Positions 25,196-38,954 of a DNA stretch of 64,000 nucleotides are shown in pieces (positions within the stretch are counted from its first letter, which is position 1; the number at the start of each line of letters is the position of its first letter). Source of the stretch: Hydrolagus affinis (taxonomy: Eukaryota); contig JAAILG010001499.1 in NCBI GenBank assembly GCA_012026655.1, positions 1 through 64,000 of the forward strand, in the 5' to 3' direction. Under the pieces are notes generated by a model. It did not search any database and had not been told where the DNA came from. It worked only from the letters and a program-made list of their open reading frames with translations. The position numbers and the translations under genes were made by a program.

Positions 25196-26359
25196 TAATA
25201 GGAATTCCAGCAAAAGAATTGGAGATGAACAATAAAGTAGCAAACCTGGTGTATGATACAAACAGAATAGCACAACAGGCCATTTAGCATCTCAAAGAAT
25301 AAGAAGGAACATTTTGATCAGATCTTTCACCAAAACTGGGTTGTTGAACATTTCAGTTTTACTGGACCCATCATTATCTTCTGCAAATAGCATCTTTTCT
25401 TTTATATAACGTGTTGTTAACCCAGCACAATCTTAAAAGGCCAAAATGGAGAGTCAATATGCCATTCGCTCTCTCCCAAAACTTGGAAGTAGAAGCAGCA
25501 CAAGCAATGCTAATAAAGTATCAATTTCTCAAACGCAAATGGCAAAAAAGATGGAGTTTTAAGCAGCCTCTAATGCTCTGAGCAGCTGGATTTTCTCTTC
25601 ACCACATTGCTGGCCTGGCATTACACTGTATTGCCATGGTTACCTCCCAGGTTCACTTTCACTATGTGACTTACAGACCTGATGGCATGACGGATCTTGT
25701 AGAGGGGGAAAATACATCTATAATCCCAAATCTAAAAGGCCTGAAATTGTACCGGTTCAGATATTCTTCAGTCAAAGTTTTGATAGTTTCAATGGTTTGA
25801 AAAGGCCCAGAGCTCTCAACTGCCTGTTGTGAAACTTTACGTACAACAGGGATTCATTTATTTTATATATATACGTTTTTAAAAATACAATGCACACCAA
25901 TTAGATGACAAAAACAGGCGACATCTGATCAAAAAAATGTGTGTGGAACAAGCAATTGGGAATGACAGACAGTTCTGTTGAACAGAGGTATATTTAAAAG
26001 GGGAGAGAGAGAAAGAGATTCTTGTCTGATCTAGCTCAATGATGTCACCCCTAATTAAATCACAATGAGATTTATCACTGTGCACCTTCTAGCATGGATT
26101 GGCAATGCTAATCACGTGGCTCACTAGTACAATGCACTGGTGAGTTTCACAGCAATTGTCCAGATGGAATTCTAGCTCAACTAAGAACAATAAAGTTCAC
26201 AGTGAATTTACATATCTACTTACATAGTAATTTAGGGCAACCAGTATGCGTATTCAGTCTTAACTCACACTGCCTATGCTAACACACAATTGCTGTGCTG
26301 GGGGGTGTTGCAATATTGTTGGAGGTACCATCCATCGGCGAAGTCATAAAGTCATAAAA

Positions 26360-26625
26360 GCAGAGGCCATGAGAGTGGGGGTAGAGAAGCTGAACGCCTG
26401 ACCGCCAATAGTAGGGCAGGGGGTCATGGAGCAAGCCAGTGCCAGGTGATCAGATGGAGTGGACAAGATGGTATGATGTTAATTGATTGCAGAGGTAAGA
26501 AGGAGCATCACCTTAGAGAGTTGTAAAAGCAAGGACGAGGATTTTAACCTCAAGCCTCTGAGGGGGAATCCAGTGGAGTCGGGTGAAGTTGCGGTTCACG
26601 GAGCTTTGTTTGGGAGAAGATTTGG
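26360..26625 (-). mobile_element. L2 LINE ORF2 C-terminal fragment, degenerate
   Basis: gagtgggggtagagaagctgaacgcctgaccgcc (GGQAFSFSTPTL) and aaggacgaggattttaa..ccagtggag (LHW..KILVL) are homologous to 61810-62300. Confidence 0.7.
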
Positions 26626-27911
26626 GAGAAGGAAATGTTTTAACAATTCAGAGCTCTAGATATTTTAGGCATATTATGTCAAATGGGCAGAAGGAAAAGC
26701 CATGAACCCAATGAAATGTTTTTCACTGGTTAGCAGTGGTTGTTAGGGGCATTTACTGTAAAGGATAAAGAAATGGAATGCTGTTGAAATTGGTAGTCAC
26801 TTGTTTACAATATCATTTTGGCTCAGAAATACCACACAATGCATTTGTAGAGCATGTAATAGAAATGCGGTAATGGAAAATGGGCTTATAAATAAAAGGT
26901 GTGATTTAGTAATATAGATAGCAATCAGTGGGAATGACTTAAGGCTGTCCTGTGAAAATGTCTGTTTCGATGTCTAGAAATTACAGACAGAACTTGCTGC
27001 AGGATCTTCTCAGAAAGTAGTCAGGAATCCAATTAATATTTAGATATTCCATGAATGCTAGATCTATACTGGAGGATACTACATTGTTATTCATAAAAGG
27101 GACATTATCCTGTAACTTCATAAAAGCAGTGATATAAATGAGCCTGACAGTTGAGCACCAATTTGTCTGGCATGGGGAAATATGCTTGAGAGCATTATAC
27201 AAGATGTTATGAATGAGATGCTATTGTAGTACAATACTTGGTTGTGGGGGGTGGGGGAGTGGGATTAGCATCTGTGGAGGGAAGGAGGACAAATTTGAAA
27301 ATCACAGATGGAAGAATGTTATGGGATGCTCAGGGCAAAACACTCCCCTGGGGGATAGAGTGGAAGAAATGAAATTTTTGATACTGTATGTTTTGCGTGA
27401 TCTTTGGAAGTAGTACATTTGATGGGCCAAATAGTATTTTTGTGTTGTATGCTTTTTTTTGTGTGTCTTCTGACAGAGGAAGCATTTTAAACACAGGCTG
27501 ATTGTCTTTCAAGTTCTATAGACACCATTTCTCACATCCTTTAAATCGCTTAATTTGCAATCCACTTGATATACCTCCCATTTCATCCACCGCTTCCAGT
27601 GTAAACAAGGTTAATGGTCCCCACAAAACAGAAAATTGCTTCTTCAGACCACTACGTGTCTCAATTTTGTCAGGATTGCACTCCACACTTCGGTAATAGC
27701 TGTATTTTCAGCAAAGAATGTCATGACACTTGTCTTGCAATTGGAATGGTAAGTCTGTTTTCCTCAGTTTTTCACAGAGCAGTTTTTTGGTATGGTGCCT
27801 TTCCACAAAAGCTGCTTGTGCACACAGAGGAAATGTTATGCACATTTGGACATGCAAAAGGATTTTTTTCTGTTACATAATTCACGATCACCCTTCGGCA
27901 CATCAGACAAG

Positions 27912-28120
27912 ATATTGGTCACTTCAATTCAAGGTATTGGTCAATCCACAACTGTTGGTTGAACAATGCTATGTGCAAATGGCCTCCGAGTTTTCCCCAC
28001 AAAATATACAGTCAATTCATGTTAGATTTTCTGTGAAGCACTTTAAGACTTCTCGAAGATGTGATAAGGTGCTGCATGGAATGCAAGGATTACTATACTA
28101 TTACTATTACTATACTATTA
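27912..28120 (+). mobile_element. 5'-truncated young SINE
   Basis: aatccacaactgttgg..aaatatacagtcaattc..tgtgaagcacttt..atgcaaggattact matches the SINE 3' half. Confidence 0.75.
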
Positions 28121-31100
28121 CTGTATCGGGCAAAATCACGGATGATGTATCAAAGGCTGGGAAAATAAAAGTCTGTCTAGCAATCGCGATTAATTTTTAT
28201 TTGCTATTTCTGAGTGAAATCCTTGGTTAATTTACACACAATAAAACAGCTCATCACAATGACTCAATAATGCTTATGAGAAAAGGGGTTATTTTGAACT
28301 ACACTAACAGACTCCCATTGGCTACAATGGCATGAACACCTGGAGTGGAGGGGTGGAGGGAAGAAAAAGGAAGAGAAACTTTTCTTTGTTCTTTTAAATT
28401 TGGACAGAGGTGATAAATTTTAACCAGGCCATTGGGCGAATTCCATGTTTTTTTTAAAACAGTCCCAGATGATCTTAATCGGCGCAACAATGAGAATTTC
28501 AATGATTTAGTAACTGTCATCAGGCATTCCTGAACTTTGGTGAGGCCACGAAACCCATAGCATTTGGTTTGATCCGACTGTGTATCTTCTTAAATGCTCC
28601 CAAGACTTGCTGGGTTGCTCTGAGCAGAATCTGATGCAACTGAACAATAAATCATCAATGACAAGTTTTGAAAGAGTTTTTTTTTACATCTTTACAGTCT
28701 CAATGTCTGCACTTAAATTGGAAGTGATTTTAGATTATTCACAGTCATGCTGGTTGTCCCTTTATGAATAGAAATCAATCCATTGTCTTTCCCATGTAAG
28801 GGAAGCACTCTGTCTGCATTGCCTGGAGGAAGACAACAGCGGAGATGGCATTTGTGTGCATTAAAATCAATTACTGAATTTCAATCAATTGAGAACCCGT
28901 GAAATTAAGCTTATTTCCACTCGGAAATTTAATTTGTGATCTTGAAACACTAACGCATATGGATCCAGTTAGAGTCCACTATCTATTCCTTTTCCAAAAA
29001 AAATCTTTGGAATCTCACTCCTAATCTCCACATGTTAACCTAGTAAGCAATACTTTACAACAACAAATACCTAAGGTTTTAAATTGTCTTTGCAAGGAGG
29101 ACTCAGCCAAAGCAATTAAGAAATTATCCCAAACTATATCAACGGCAAGTACCATGCTCAGTCTCTACATAAAAATCAATAAAAATAAAATGCTTCTTAA
29201 TTTAGCTAATTATCCCCAAGAACTGAGGCCACTTATTAAATTAGGCTTCCTGGAAGCAATGATTGATTGCGTTTCACTCTTAGTTAATGAAACATATTGT
29301 TCATGTACAATGTAATTCATTGCGCCCCTGGTATAAACCACTTTTTTTTATTATATTATCATACAATCCTCCTTCAACTGAGGTCCTATACTGAAAATAA
29401 TACTTGAAATAAGAGTGCACTTTCTGAGACCTTCTAAATGTACCCTCCAAAGTACATGGCAACCATTTACAAACCGTGTGATGAATGAAAAGAACCTGAG
29501 TCTAGAATTGGTGGAACAATTTTGTCCTCAACACCAAAAGCACTAAGCAGGCATGAACGCACAGATTAAATAAAGTAAACTGAAAATAGTTCTTTTTAAA
29601 AAAAACACTGGACGTAACAACTGATTGCATCGTAAATAATTTATTGAGAGTAAAATTTAAAACCTTGAATACCATTGAAACAGAAAGATCATGAAAAGGC
29701 TAACGGGAAAATGAAGTGCCTAAGGCTGAATTCTACAAGTATATCATAATTTGTTGATTGTGCTCAGTCATAATTAAAGTGCCATGTGGGCATTCAACTG
29801 AAGTGTGAAGGCCTGTTAATTCAGTGGATCATCATCACCAACACACTGCTTTCCCTGCAGAGTTCCCCAATGTGATATCAACTGACAGATTCTTATTATG
29901 GAAGGAGGCAGATAAACCAAAAAGATATTGGTTCTTTTGTGAAGGAAATAATATGTTGGAAGAAGGCTAGCCATTTAAATTGGAAACGCTCGCAATCAAT
30001 TCTAATTGCATCTTATCTTCACGGATATATCCTTTTGGCCTATTTGGTCTCATAAATAAATTGAAGTCAAGAATTTGATTAATTTCTTCCCTATGCTCCC
30101 AATGATCATCCATATCTTGTGCTTGTACAATGCACATACAGAATTCAAGGTACTGAAACAGCAATACGCTTCTAAATTTAGGTGAATATTGCTGACTTAC
30201 CATGAGTCTAAGAGTCCTCAGTATTTTTCTTTCCCTCTTACCCTTTAGTTATTGAACATGTTACATACCTAATTCGAGATACCGTAATTCACCAGTAATT
30301 CAGTTCCCCCGCCTCTACTTTTCCAGGATTAACTTTGCACAAGTCATGCCAGGCAACCCTGAAAATGTAGGCAACAAAATCAGTCGTCACAAAATAGACA
30401 TCAATTTGCACTTGGAACTGCTGAGCAATGATGGAACACAATCACCTAAACTGATCGAAAAGAGTCAGTCATGTACTTGCCAGCTCATACGCATGCCAGC
30501 ATTCATCTTAAGTCAGATCATGTTCTTTGAAGTTCTTTAATGCCTCTGTAATGCTGCTGGAAGCAATGCAAGAAAATTACAATAGAATCGGAGCCTGAAA
30601 CCTGATGTTTACAGGTACGATGATTCCCAAAGGTCCTAATCATGAGCTCAGCAGAGTTTTGCATGTCTCCAGGTGGGCACAAGTGCAGTAATTGGTGCCA
30701 AAAGATCAATACTTTACTGCTAATAAAGAGACGGTAAATGAGCTGCAAGTTCTTCTTGAGGACTAAAGTACGTAACCAAGTTTAAAAGTTTGTCAGAAAC
30801 AGCTGTAGCTAAACCAAATTTACTCTGAAGCCAATGATATACAGGTAGATTAAATTCAGAAGGCAAAATTGAACATACAGGACATGAAATTCAATGATTA
30901 ATAATATGCCCCTTGACAAAAATCCAATTAAATTAGGTAACACAAAAAGCAATACCCAGCACAGCAAAATATTCAAATGCAGTGAACATGACTATCTAGT
31001 CTCAATAAGGCACTTTGGATTGAATAATAAAAGAATTGTATTAGATTTCCAGCTTCTGTTCTATGTTGCCTTTTGCATTAGATCAAGTTAGGTGATGAAC

Positions 31101-32038
31101 AAACACAGTCATACACACATAACCAACCTCACAGAAGTGCGTCGAGAGGAAACTGATATTTTGAGCTGTGTTGTTATGATTGGAAATGTTATCTTTTTAG
31201 ATATTCTTAACCTGTCAATAGAACTGAAAGGATTCTGAATTTTTAAAAATAAAATGAACATTTATTATATCCTTTGGGGATGATTTGTAGAGCCTACTGC
31301 ATTTCTAAAATCACATCTTAAAGCTAGATGAAAGGAGGCGAGTTTAGAAACCTGCAAAATCTTTCAACAAAATAACCGGATATTGAAACGTCAATCAGAT
31401 TGAATTCAGATCATATTGATCTTCCATGAGTCTCTTTAGCATCAACATAAATCCTTAGCTGTGATGCAGTAATGGTTTCACACTGAAACTCAACGTACAT
31501 TGTCAAACACCTCAAAGAGGACGAGAGAATATGAGAAATCGGTTTATTGAAACCGATGAGATTTAAGAAACAGCTACATGTAGAAGGAGGAGCTTTCCTT
31601 TTATAATGGAATTGTACACCAGAGTGTTGATTTGGCTTGTTGACCCATTTTGATTTGACAGAGTGAAAGGTTCTGTTCCTTGATAGTAGAGCTCCTCTGA
31701 TGATTACTGACGGCAACAGAAATAGGAGTCTACTGCAGTTTCTCAAAACAAAGGACTTCATGGTAATAATCCTTACATTTGATACAGTGCCCTGTCATGT
31801 CTTTGAAACTTTTCAAAACTCTTCACAGGACGTATAATACCTGAGCATTTAATAAATAATCTTTGTATTTTGCATTTCTAGGTGAAAACAGCAGCAATCG
31901 TTACACAGCAATGCTCTACAAACAGCCATGACTGTCAGTGCATTTTTTGTCAAACCTATGTCCCACCTCCACCAACCACCCCCACCAAATCAACAAAAAT
32001 GAAATAAGCATTGCTGAGATCTTATAAGGGACTTCTTG

Positions 32039-32280
32039 GGAGTCCTTTAGGGTAATGTTTGGAGCACTCGCCTCGCAAGCGAGAGGACCTGGGTTTGATT
32101 CCTGGGAAGGGTGAAATGTTAGGCAAGTTTTCTTAATCCACATCCTTCTGTTTACCTAGCAGTAAGTAGGAACAGGATAGTACAGTAGTTAGTCGATCAG
32201 CAGATCACTTTTCGGGTGTAAAAATTTTTTTTCTCTCGAAGATATGATAAAGCTCTATATCAAATGCAAGGATTATTATT
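32039..32280 (+). mobile_element. tRNA-derived SINE, subfamily C, internally deleted
   Basis: Head ggagtcc..gagcactcgcctcgcaagcgagag, block ttctgtttacctagcagtaagtagg, then a jump to the tail ctatatcaaatgcaaggattattatt. Confidence 0.85.
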
Positions 32281-32684
32281 TCATTATCACAAAATTCAGT
32301 TGGAATTACATCAATTTGAGGCAAATGTTACACGACCCCTGAGCTTCGGACGTGAAACTCCTGTGATGCACCACCACTCCTTGAAGCAGATATAAATCTG
32401 CCATAAATAAACATCTGCAGTACTCGGTGAAATGAAGCTTCAAGCCTCAATTCCGTTTTGACTGTGGGAAGCTGCTCTCAGAATGAGGCTTTCTGGTAAT
32501 TTTCCAGTTAATTAATGTAAAAGGTCACTGGAAGTATCCTGAAAAGGCAAAAGATGAACACTATGATGACAGCTGAACAAAAGAATGATGCTTGTATGAA
32601 GTGTTCTGATTATATCTGCATGTTCTACGTATCACTTGTCTTGCATTTTTCCATGTCCGGCAATCAGTCTCCCACTGATAAACT

Positions 32685-33050
32685 CAGTCTATATAACTGA
32701 AGTAATGAATGTCAGGTTTCTTATTATTGAAGCCTTTGAGACCGTATGCCTTTCACTTGGAGCCTCTTAATACATACTCATCGCTCCCTGGCTAATGGGC
32801 TTCTGGTGCGTGAAATTGGACTCCACCTGGCAGGGTGACCTTGTGGAGGAAGACAACACATCCAAGCAGAGGCTATTATTTAACGCACAATCCAGGATTA
32901 TCCATCAGCCTATGAGATAGGGCGCATAATTATAGCTAGACTTGAAGAACACATACTCACACACAGCAAAAGAAAAGCATTAGCTCTATCATCAGGCATC
33001 AACTTAGCAAGGTCACTCTTGAAGACTTCACCTCCAGTAGATCGCTGTTG
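32685..33050 (+). mobile_element. Possible highly decayed RTE-clade LINE 3' fragment
   Basis: One frame gives IEAFETVCL and later WQGDLVEEDNTSKQRLLF, similar to RTE ORF C-terminal motifs (EAFEMWC, W-GH..R..K-LL); many stops. Confidence 0.35.
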
Positions 33051-34304
33051 TTTTTTTTTATTTTACATCTCAGTGGCAGCATTTTAAGACATCAATTGAA
33101 ATTAAATATCCTCTTTCATCTGCCTCTTCACCTTTGTGGGAATCATAGACAAGTACTCATCTCATCAGTTTAGAGCTGAAATGATTCAGGTTACTGTAAC
33201 AGCCGTATGGCTCCCTGACACCAACAAGGGCTCTGCTGGTTTGAGTTTTAAAATCACTCATCTTGACCCTCGGTTTCATCACACCAATCTTTCTTAGCTG
33301 AGCCCACTACTGTCTTTATCTAACACTCAAATATAAGCACATGGTATCTTTGCATAACAATCAATTGTCCCCAGTCTAGTATGGGTGTGGAGATCATTTC
33401 AGTTACTCCTAATACTTCTCTATTTGTGATTACCCATTGCAACACAAATTGGGGAAATGAACGTGGGATTCTCCCCCAAAACACATCTACAGTAACTGAC
33501 CTGCTCACTCGATAAATAAACTGAGTCAATGGGGAAGTCTTCATTGTAAACCTTTACAGGCATTATCAATGTAGGTTTAAAATCCTCAACAAGTTTGGAT
33601 AGAAGAAATGTCAGCTACATTAGGGTAATATCCCTTCAATTTTTGGGCCACCAGCAATAGGTCCCAGCGCCTTGAGATATTCTCCTGACGTGAAAGGCTC
33701 TATACAAGTGTAATTTTTGTTTTTTTATTGTTGTTGTTTGAGGATTCTGGATGTGCAATCGTCATTTTGTTCCCCCCAATAACAGCAAGTTTGCAAACTC
33801 CTCCCAACACTTGATCATTCTGTTAGCATTACGTTCAGTTATGGAGATATTGGAAAACTACTCCAGTAAATTGACAACTATGGTTAATCACACCAGTGAG
33901 AATAGTATATTACTTGTGGATTTTTTTAGAAAAATGGGAAATAATGATTTCTTCCAAAGCTTGGAATAGGTTGACAAACTGATGAAGCTTTTACTTCTTT
34001 TTCTCTGCAACACAACTAGATGTGCTTGACAAAATGGATACTGATTAATTATTCATTTCACACTGCTCTTTTGGAAGTCAAGCAGCTTCCTACACAACAG
34101 GGGTGAAAATCTACAGGTTTGTTTTTCTGCCTTGAAAACAATTCACATTGAAAATGAAATGTTGCACCCACCAAGTTTCATCTTCAATAAAATGAAATTC
34201 AGAAAAAAAGAACTTTTCACAAGGTATACAGTATAAAAAATACATTACTCATTGGTTCAGTAATCCAAAGGGAAGCAAATCAATGAAAGAATAATTGTCT
34301 GTCA

Positions 34305-34657
34305 TAGGATCCGTCGATATGGAAATTTTCCATTATCAATATATTGGTGGGCTCATATCGATATATACTGATATATTGATATCGCCGGGTTTTTTATACT
34401 GCGCATGCGCGCGCATTCCGTGCTCTAGGCCCAGGAGATTTGCAATGCCGGCGACAAGGTAAGTTGAAAAAGTTCGCTTTATACCAATATAACCGATATA
34501 TCGCCGGACACGGTATACCGGTATTTGCGATATACCGATTTTTTTTTAATGCTGAATTTTTCGATATACCGATATATTTGAATTTCCAATATCGGCATAT
34601 CGATATGAAAAATTATACCAATATAACTGATATATATCAATATATCGCCGGACACTA
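34305..34657. mobile_element. Non-autonomous hAT-like MITE (353 bp)
   Basis: Imperfect TIRs TAGGATCCGTCGATAT...ATATCGCCGGACACTA, subterminal CGATAT repeats, 8-bp TSD gtctgtca/gcctgtca (7/8). Confidence 0.85.
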
Positions 34658-35820
34658 GCCTGTCAGTAATGTGTTGGATGAAATTCTTTCTTCATCTATT
34701 TTTTTCCCCCCCATCTAGTCATGTTTTAAGTCAAACTGTGGAGTTCAAATACTGTACAACACATTTCCCTTCTCTTTTCCCCTCCCTCAAGTCAAAATGA
34801 GGACATTAAAATAATGCAACATTTATCATCCTTGTGACACAAGTAAGCTCTGTGAATGTTGTGCTAATGCATTTTAAACCACAGATGCCTTAACAACGAC
34901 ATGCTCCACTGACTGTGGTACACATTATGAAGGTTAACTTGCACCGCTATTTCACCACCGCAATGAGACATGCTCTGCTGGATGGTTGAAACAGAGCTGA
35001 AGAGGTTTCTTGTTCAATCAAACATCACTTATATTCAGGCTCAAACTGAGGACTCACTCAGATAATTTCACTGCATGAAATTGAGCATCTTATGTTGCAC
35101 CATACTGTTCTTCAGTCAACCTTCTTCGAATATCTAGGTACCAATCGAGCTACCAATGTAATCAATCCGCATCAATTTCAAAGCAATGTTATAAAGAACG
35201 TGGAATCTGCAGTTGGTTTTCAAAAAATAAACTAAGCAACCTCACTGTGTGAAAGGAAGTTCAGCTCGGGAGCTAAAATTAATAAGGGGGGATATATATG
35301 CACCCACCAAGATGAACCTCTGATTTAGAACCTTCCTATGGGCCTCTGTGCATTGATCTCATCCTGCCTAAACTCAGACTAAACAGTCACCCTTAAATAC
35401 AGTCATTTTAATCACAGCTGGGGCTCTGTTTTAAGCGTAAATGTCAGCATTTGTCACCAGAATCTCACAGACGCCGATCAGAGATATCCATTTTGTTTCG
35501 CCTGAAAGAAGATTGCTTAATAAAGGTGACTCTGAATGCTAAAAAAAAATCAATAACCCATAAATGGTGCACTAGTGAATTCATTAGTGACAGCTTATCA
35601 CAAATGTTGTGACAGGAAGTCACTGAAGGTGCTTCATGGCACTGTGCAGCATTTTTGTGTTTCAGAACTCTTGCGTTTCTATAATGCAAAAATTTCTTGG
35701 ATTAAAAGGAAAGACAGCCAAAACAAAATAAATCCTGGCCCTGTTAGAATGATTTGCAAATTTGTCACCATGTCCAACCTTTTAGCAAAATGGGTTTAGA
35801 TTTTTGGAAAACACACAGTG

Positions 35821-35997
35821 TTAATAATAATAAATAATCCTTTGATGTAGCACTTTTCCCGTCTTCTAGACATCTCAAAGCACTTCACAGAATGTACTAT
35901 AAAGTAAATTGACTGTATATTCGTGGGTGAAATGTGGCAGCCAATTATGCACAGCAGTGTCCCACAAACAGTTGCAGTTGAAGCAACCAATTTATTT
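35821..35997 (-). mobile_element. 5'-truncated young SINE
   Basis: Reverse complement of the SINE body and tail (ctcaaagcacttcacaga..ggcagccaatt..gtcccacaaacagttg). Confidence 0.85.
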
Positions 35998-36289
35998 TTC
36001 TTCTTGAGGGTTTATTGGATAGAGCCCAAATACAATGCCCCTGCCTAACCTTAAAGTTCCAGGTTATCAGAAGCAACCATTACTATTAAAGTAGATATCC
36101 GAAAACGTTCAATTCTGATCAGTAGTAACTCTGTGAAAGTTTAGGGAACCTGGGAGTAAAATACCAGATTTCAAAGGATCAATGGTTTAGTGTAATGGGA
36201 ACAAAGTGAAGATATGTGTAAATAAGATGCAAACCTGGAATTCACAAGAACTTTTAAATCCTAGTATTGGTTCTCTTTTATACTGATCC

Positions 36290-36620
36290 TGTGGCTAGAG
36301 GCCTTTCAATGGCTCAGATATTAAATGTGTTGTATAAGGTGATTTAAGAGGAAGACCAGTTGGATAGGGAAGGTGGTAAGGAGATAAGTCAATTGGTCAG
36401 ACAGGGTTTTGTACTTAGCCCTATCCAATTATAAAGTGCACTGCGGGGTGAACGCATGCATGTTTATCATTTAGTGATGGAGTGAGAGTGTGAATGGATG
36501 CAGACAGGAGGGGCTCAGCTGTGATGCCCACTCAATATCAAGTATCTTTTCAAACATTCATCATTCTGATTCATTCCTCATGATTGTCCAATTGGGTGAT
36601 GGTGCCAGGACTTGCAGGCT
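36290..36620 (+). mobile_element. Ancient SINE-like family X, fragment
   Basis: cagacagggtttt..ccctatccaa..gacaggagggggctcagctgtgatgccc..ccaattgggtgatggtgccagg. Confidence 0.45.
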
Positions 36621-37388
36621 TCAGAGGGAATAGTGTTACTCTCATAAATCTATATGGAAACACAACAGGACCTTAGAATGAAACCTGAAAGGAGAAGACC
36701 TTTTGGCCCATTAAGCTTGCGCATTCTCAGACCATGTAAACTTGAAACAATGATGATAATATTCTGTGAAGATGATGCAGTGCTTTTTGCACAAGGATGC
36801 CTTGAAGCACTTCACAGGATATACTGCAATATATGGGCAAACGCAGCAGACAAATTTGCACAAGGCAATGTCTCAGAAACAGCTGTGAAAGTGAACAACC
36901 AATTTTTTCTTGAGAGATTGGATCTTATAAAAATTCAGTGAAAAGCTTTGTGATGTTTCGACAACTTCTCAACGTGATAAATTTTATCCACAAATTTATA
37001 AGTGGACATTTGCCCTGATAATTTTGTATTCAATCTCAACTGCCTTTTAGATGACTACCAGTCCTCACTTTCTTGTTTCTTTCTATGCTTTTAAAAATTT
37101 TATATTTGGCCTTTAGGTTAATTTTGACCTACTACTTATCTGGCCATTTTGATCTCTATCTTGCTGGCTTTTCTTTTTCCTCTTAGGCATTCCACTATCC
37201 TTAAATTATATAAAAGTCAATTTTCTCTGGTTTCTTTGCTCCTTTGCCAACTGAAATTCCTTGGAGCTCTACTTGTAGTTACAAAGCTTGCAATACTAAA
37301 AGCATTCAATACTGTATCAAATATAAGATACAACTGGAAATCTAGTATTCAACTAACTCCAAAGTGTATGATCAATTCCGGTGGGCTA

Positions 37389-37715
37389 TAACAACAGATT
37401 ACATTTGTATAGCATCTTTCACGTCAGGAGGATGTCCCCAGTTAGCAAGTTATCCGCATGCAAGTTGATAATTGAGATCAGGAGATTTGGAGGGTGGGGA
37501 AGGTAGGGGTAGGAGGGTGAATGATGGCATGGACAAAGAGCAAGGTCTTGAGATGGGTCTTAAAGAAGGCAAGGGAGGTGGTGGGGGTTGGGGGGGGGGG
37601 GTGGTCCCAAGGTGGAGGGATTGTGGGATGCGGTTTCACTAGGTAGGGGCAGAGAGGCTGAAGGTCCGTCTGCCAATGGTGAGGCGGGCAAAGTGGAGGG
37701 AACATGAAGCAGCCC
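37389..37715 (-). mobile_element. L2 LINE 3' fragment
   Basis: Minus ORF ..SLAFFKTHLKTLLF.., 3' stem-loop (gggacatcctcctgacgtgaaagatgctatacaaatgtaa) and tail. Confidence 0.8.
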
Positions 37716-38670
37716 TTTCTGTTGGTTGTCCCTCGACGTTCACTTCACTGCTGGAAAATCCTTCAAGATGTTCGCATTAGGATTTCTTGTAATCTGCCTT
37801 CCTTGATTAAATAGATCTCTATCTCCAGGTTTAGTTTGAGTTACAGATCAATAAAAGCTGTCAATTACTATTTTGTTGTCTGCTCAATTACTAATTTATA
37901 TCTGGCTTGCTTCAGTTGACTCTGCAGTTGGTATGAAATCCCCCATCAATCAATAACTGTGCTTTGGGAGGTAAGGAATGCGCAGGTTTGAGATCCTAGC
38001 AAAGAATAGATTGTACACAATATAGATTTCAACACCATAAGAATGCAGAGAGAAGGAAGGATGTGTGAAACAACATGTTTGAATTTTGGGAGGAAGGTTG
38101 GGAGAAATAAGTGAAAGTAACCAGAGTCATACGAACGGATGGGGTGAGGGCTGAGAAAGCTAATGGAGAGAAATAAATCATGTCAATGCCATTCGTGCAA
38201 CCAGTGTTAGCAGCCTGTCTTTTCTTGTGAAATATCTCTCAGCCCATTTTATGACTAATTCTTAAATACTATAGAAGTACATTGCTTGAGTCTGAAATAG
38301 CAATTGACAAATAAAAAGGTCCCTGGATTATTATTATTGTTATTTATTATCATAATATTTATTAATAATCAAATTATTAAAATATCAAATAGCTTTGTAA
38401 TCAAAGGGAAGTTTGTTGACAAATATAATTTCTTTTGGCTATTTCATTTGAACAATTTGTGCTAAAAAAATGAACTGTAACACACAATACAAATGATTTA
38501 AAACAAATGTTGAATGAAATGATTAAATTGATTTTTTTTAAAAAACATTCTGTCCATTACTTTGCTGAAATTATGGTTAGTGAGAGACTAACAAACACTG
38601 TTATATCTTAACTTTCTTAAAATTCTATCTTATTATTTTTGAATAAGTTATGCACTATTGAATACAACAA

Positions 38671-38954
38671 CAAAACAACAACTTTGATTTATATAGCCCT
38701 CTCCACGCCAGACGGCGTCTCAGAGCGCTTTACAATAGCGGATCCCGGGACCGAGCCTGGGGCAGGGGCAGAAAGGTGACCAAAGGCCTTCAACTGTGAC
38801 CTAAAACTGGGAAGAGAGGGGGCGAGGCGAAGGGAGTGAGGAAGGGAGTTCCAGAGCCTCGGGGCATAGTGGCTGAAGGCATGGCCGCCGAGGGTGGAGC
38901 GGAGGATTCAGGGGACATGGAGGAGGCCAGACCCAGAGGAGCGAAGGCAGCGGG
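38671..38954 (-). mobile_element. L2 LINE 3' fragment with 12-bp TSD
   Basis: GGHAFSHYAPRLWNSLP coding remnant, stem-loop, (TTG)n tail; flanking direct repeat tgaatacaacaa at 38659-38670 and 38955-38966. Confidence 0.88.

Noticed and set aside
27730-28230. Longest ORF in the track (166 aa)
   Set aside because: Runs through a SINE fragment and its (TAT)n tail; no recognisable domain or splice context.
33320-33620. Weak resemblance to a LINE endonuclease (GEVFIVNLYR)
   Set aside because: One short motif among stops; not enough support without a search.
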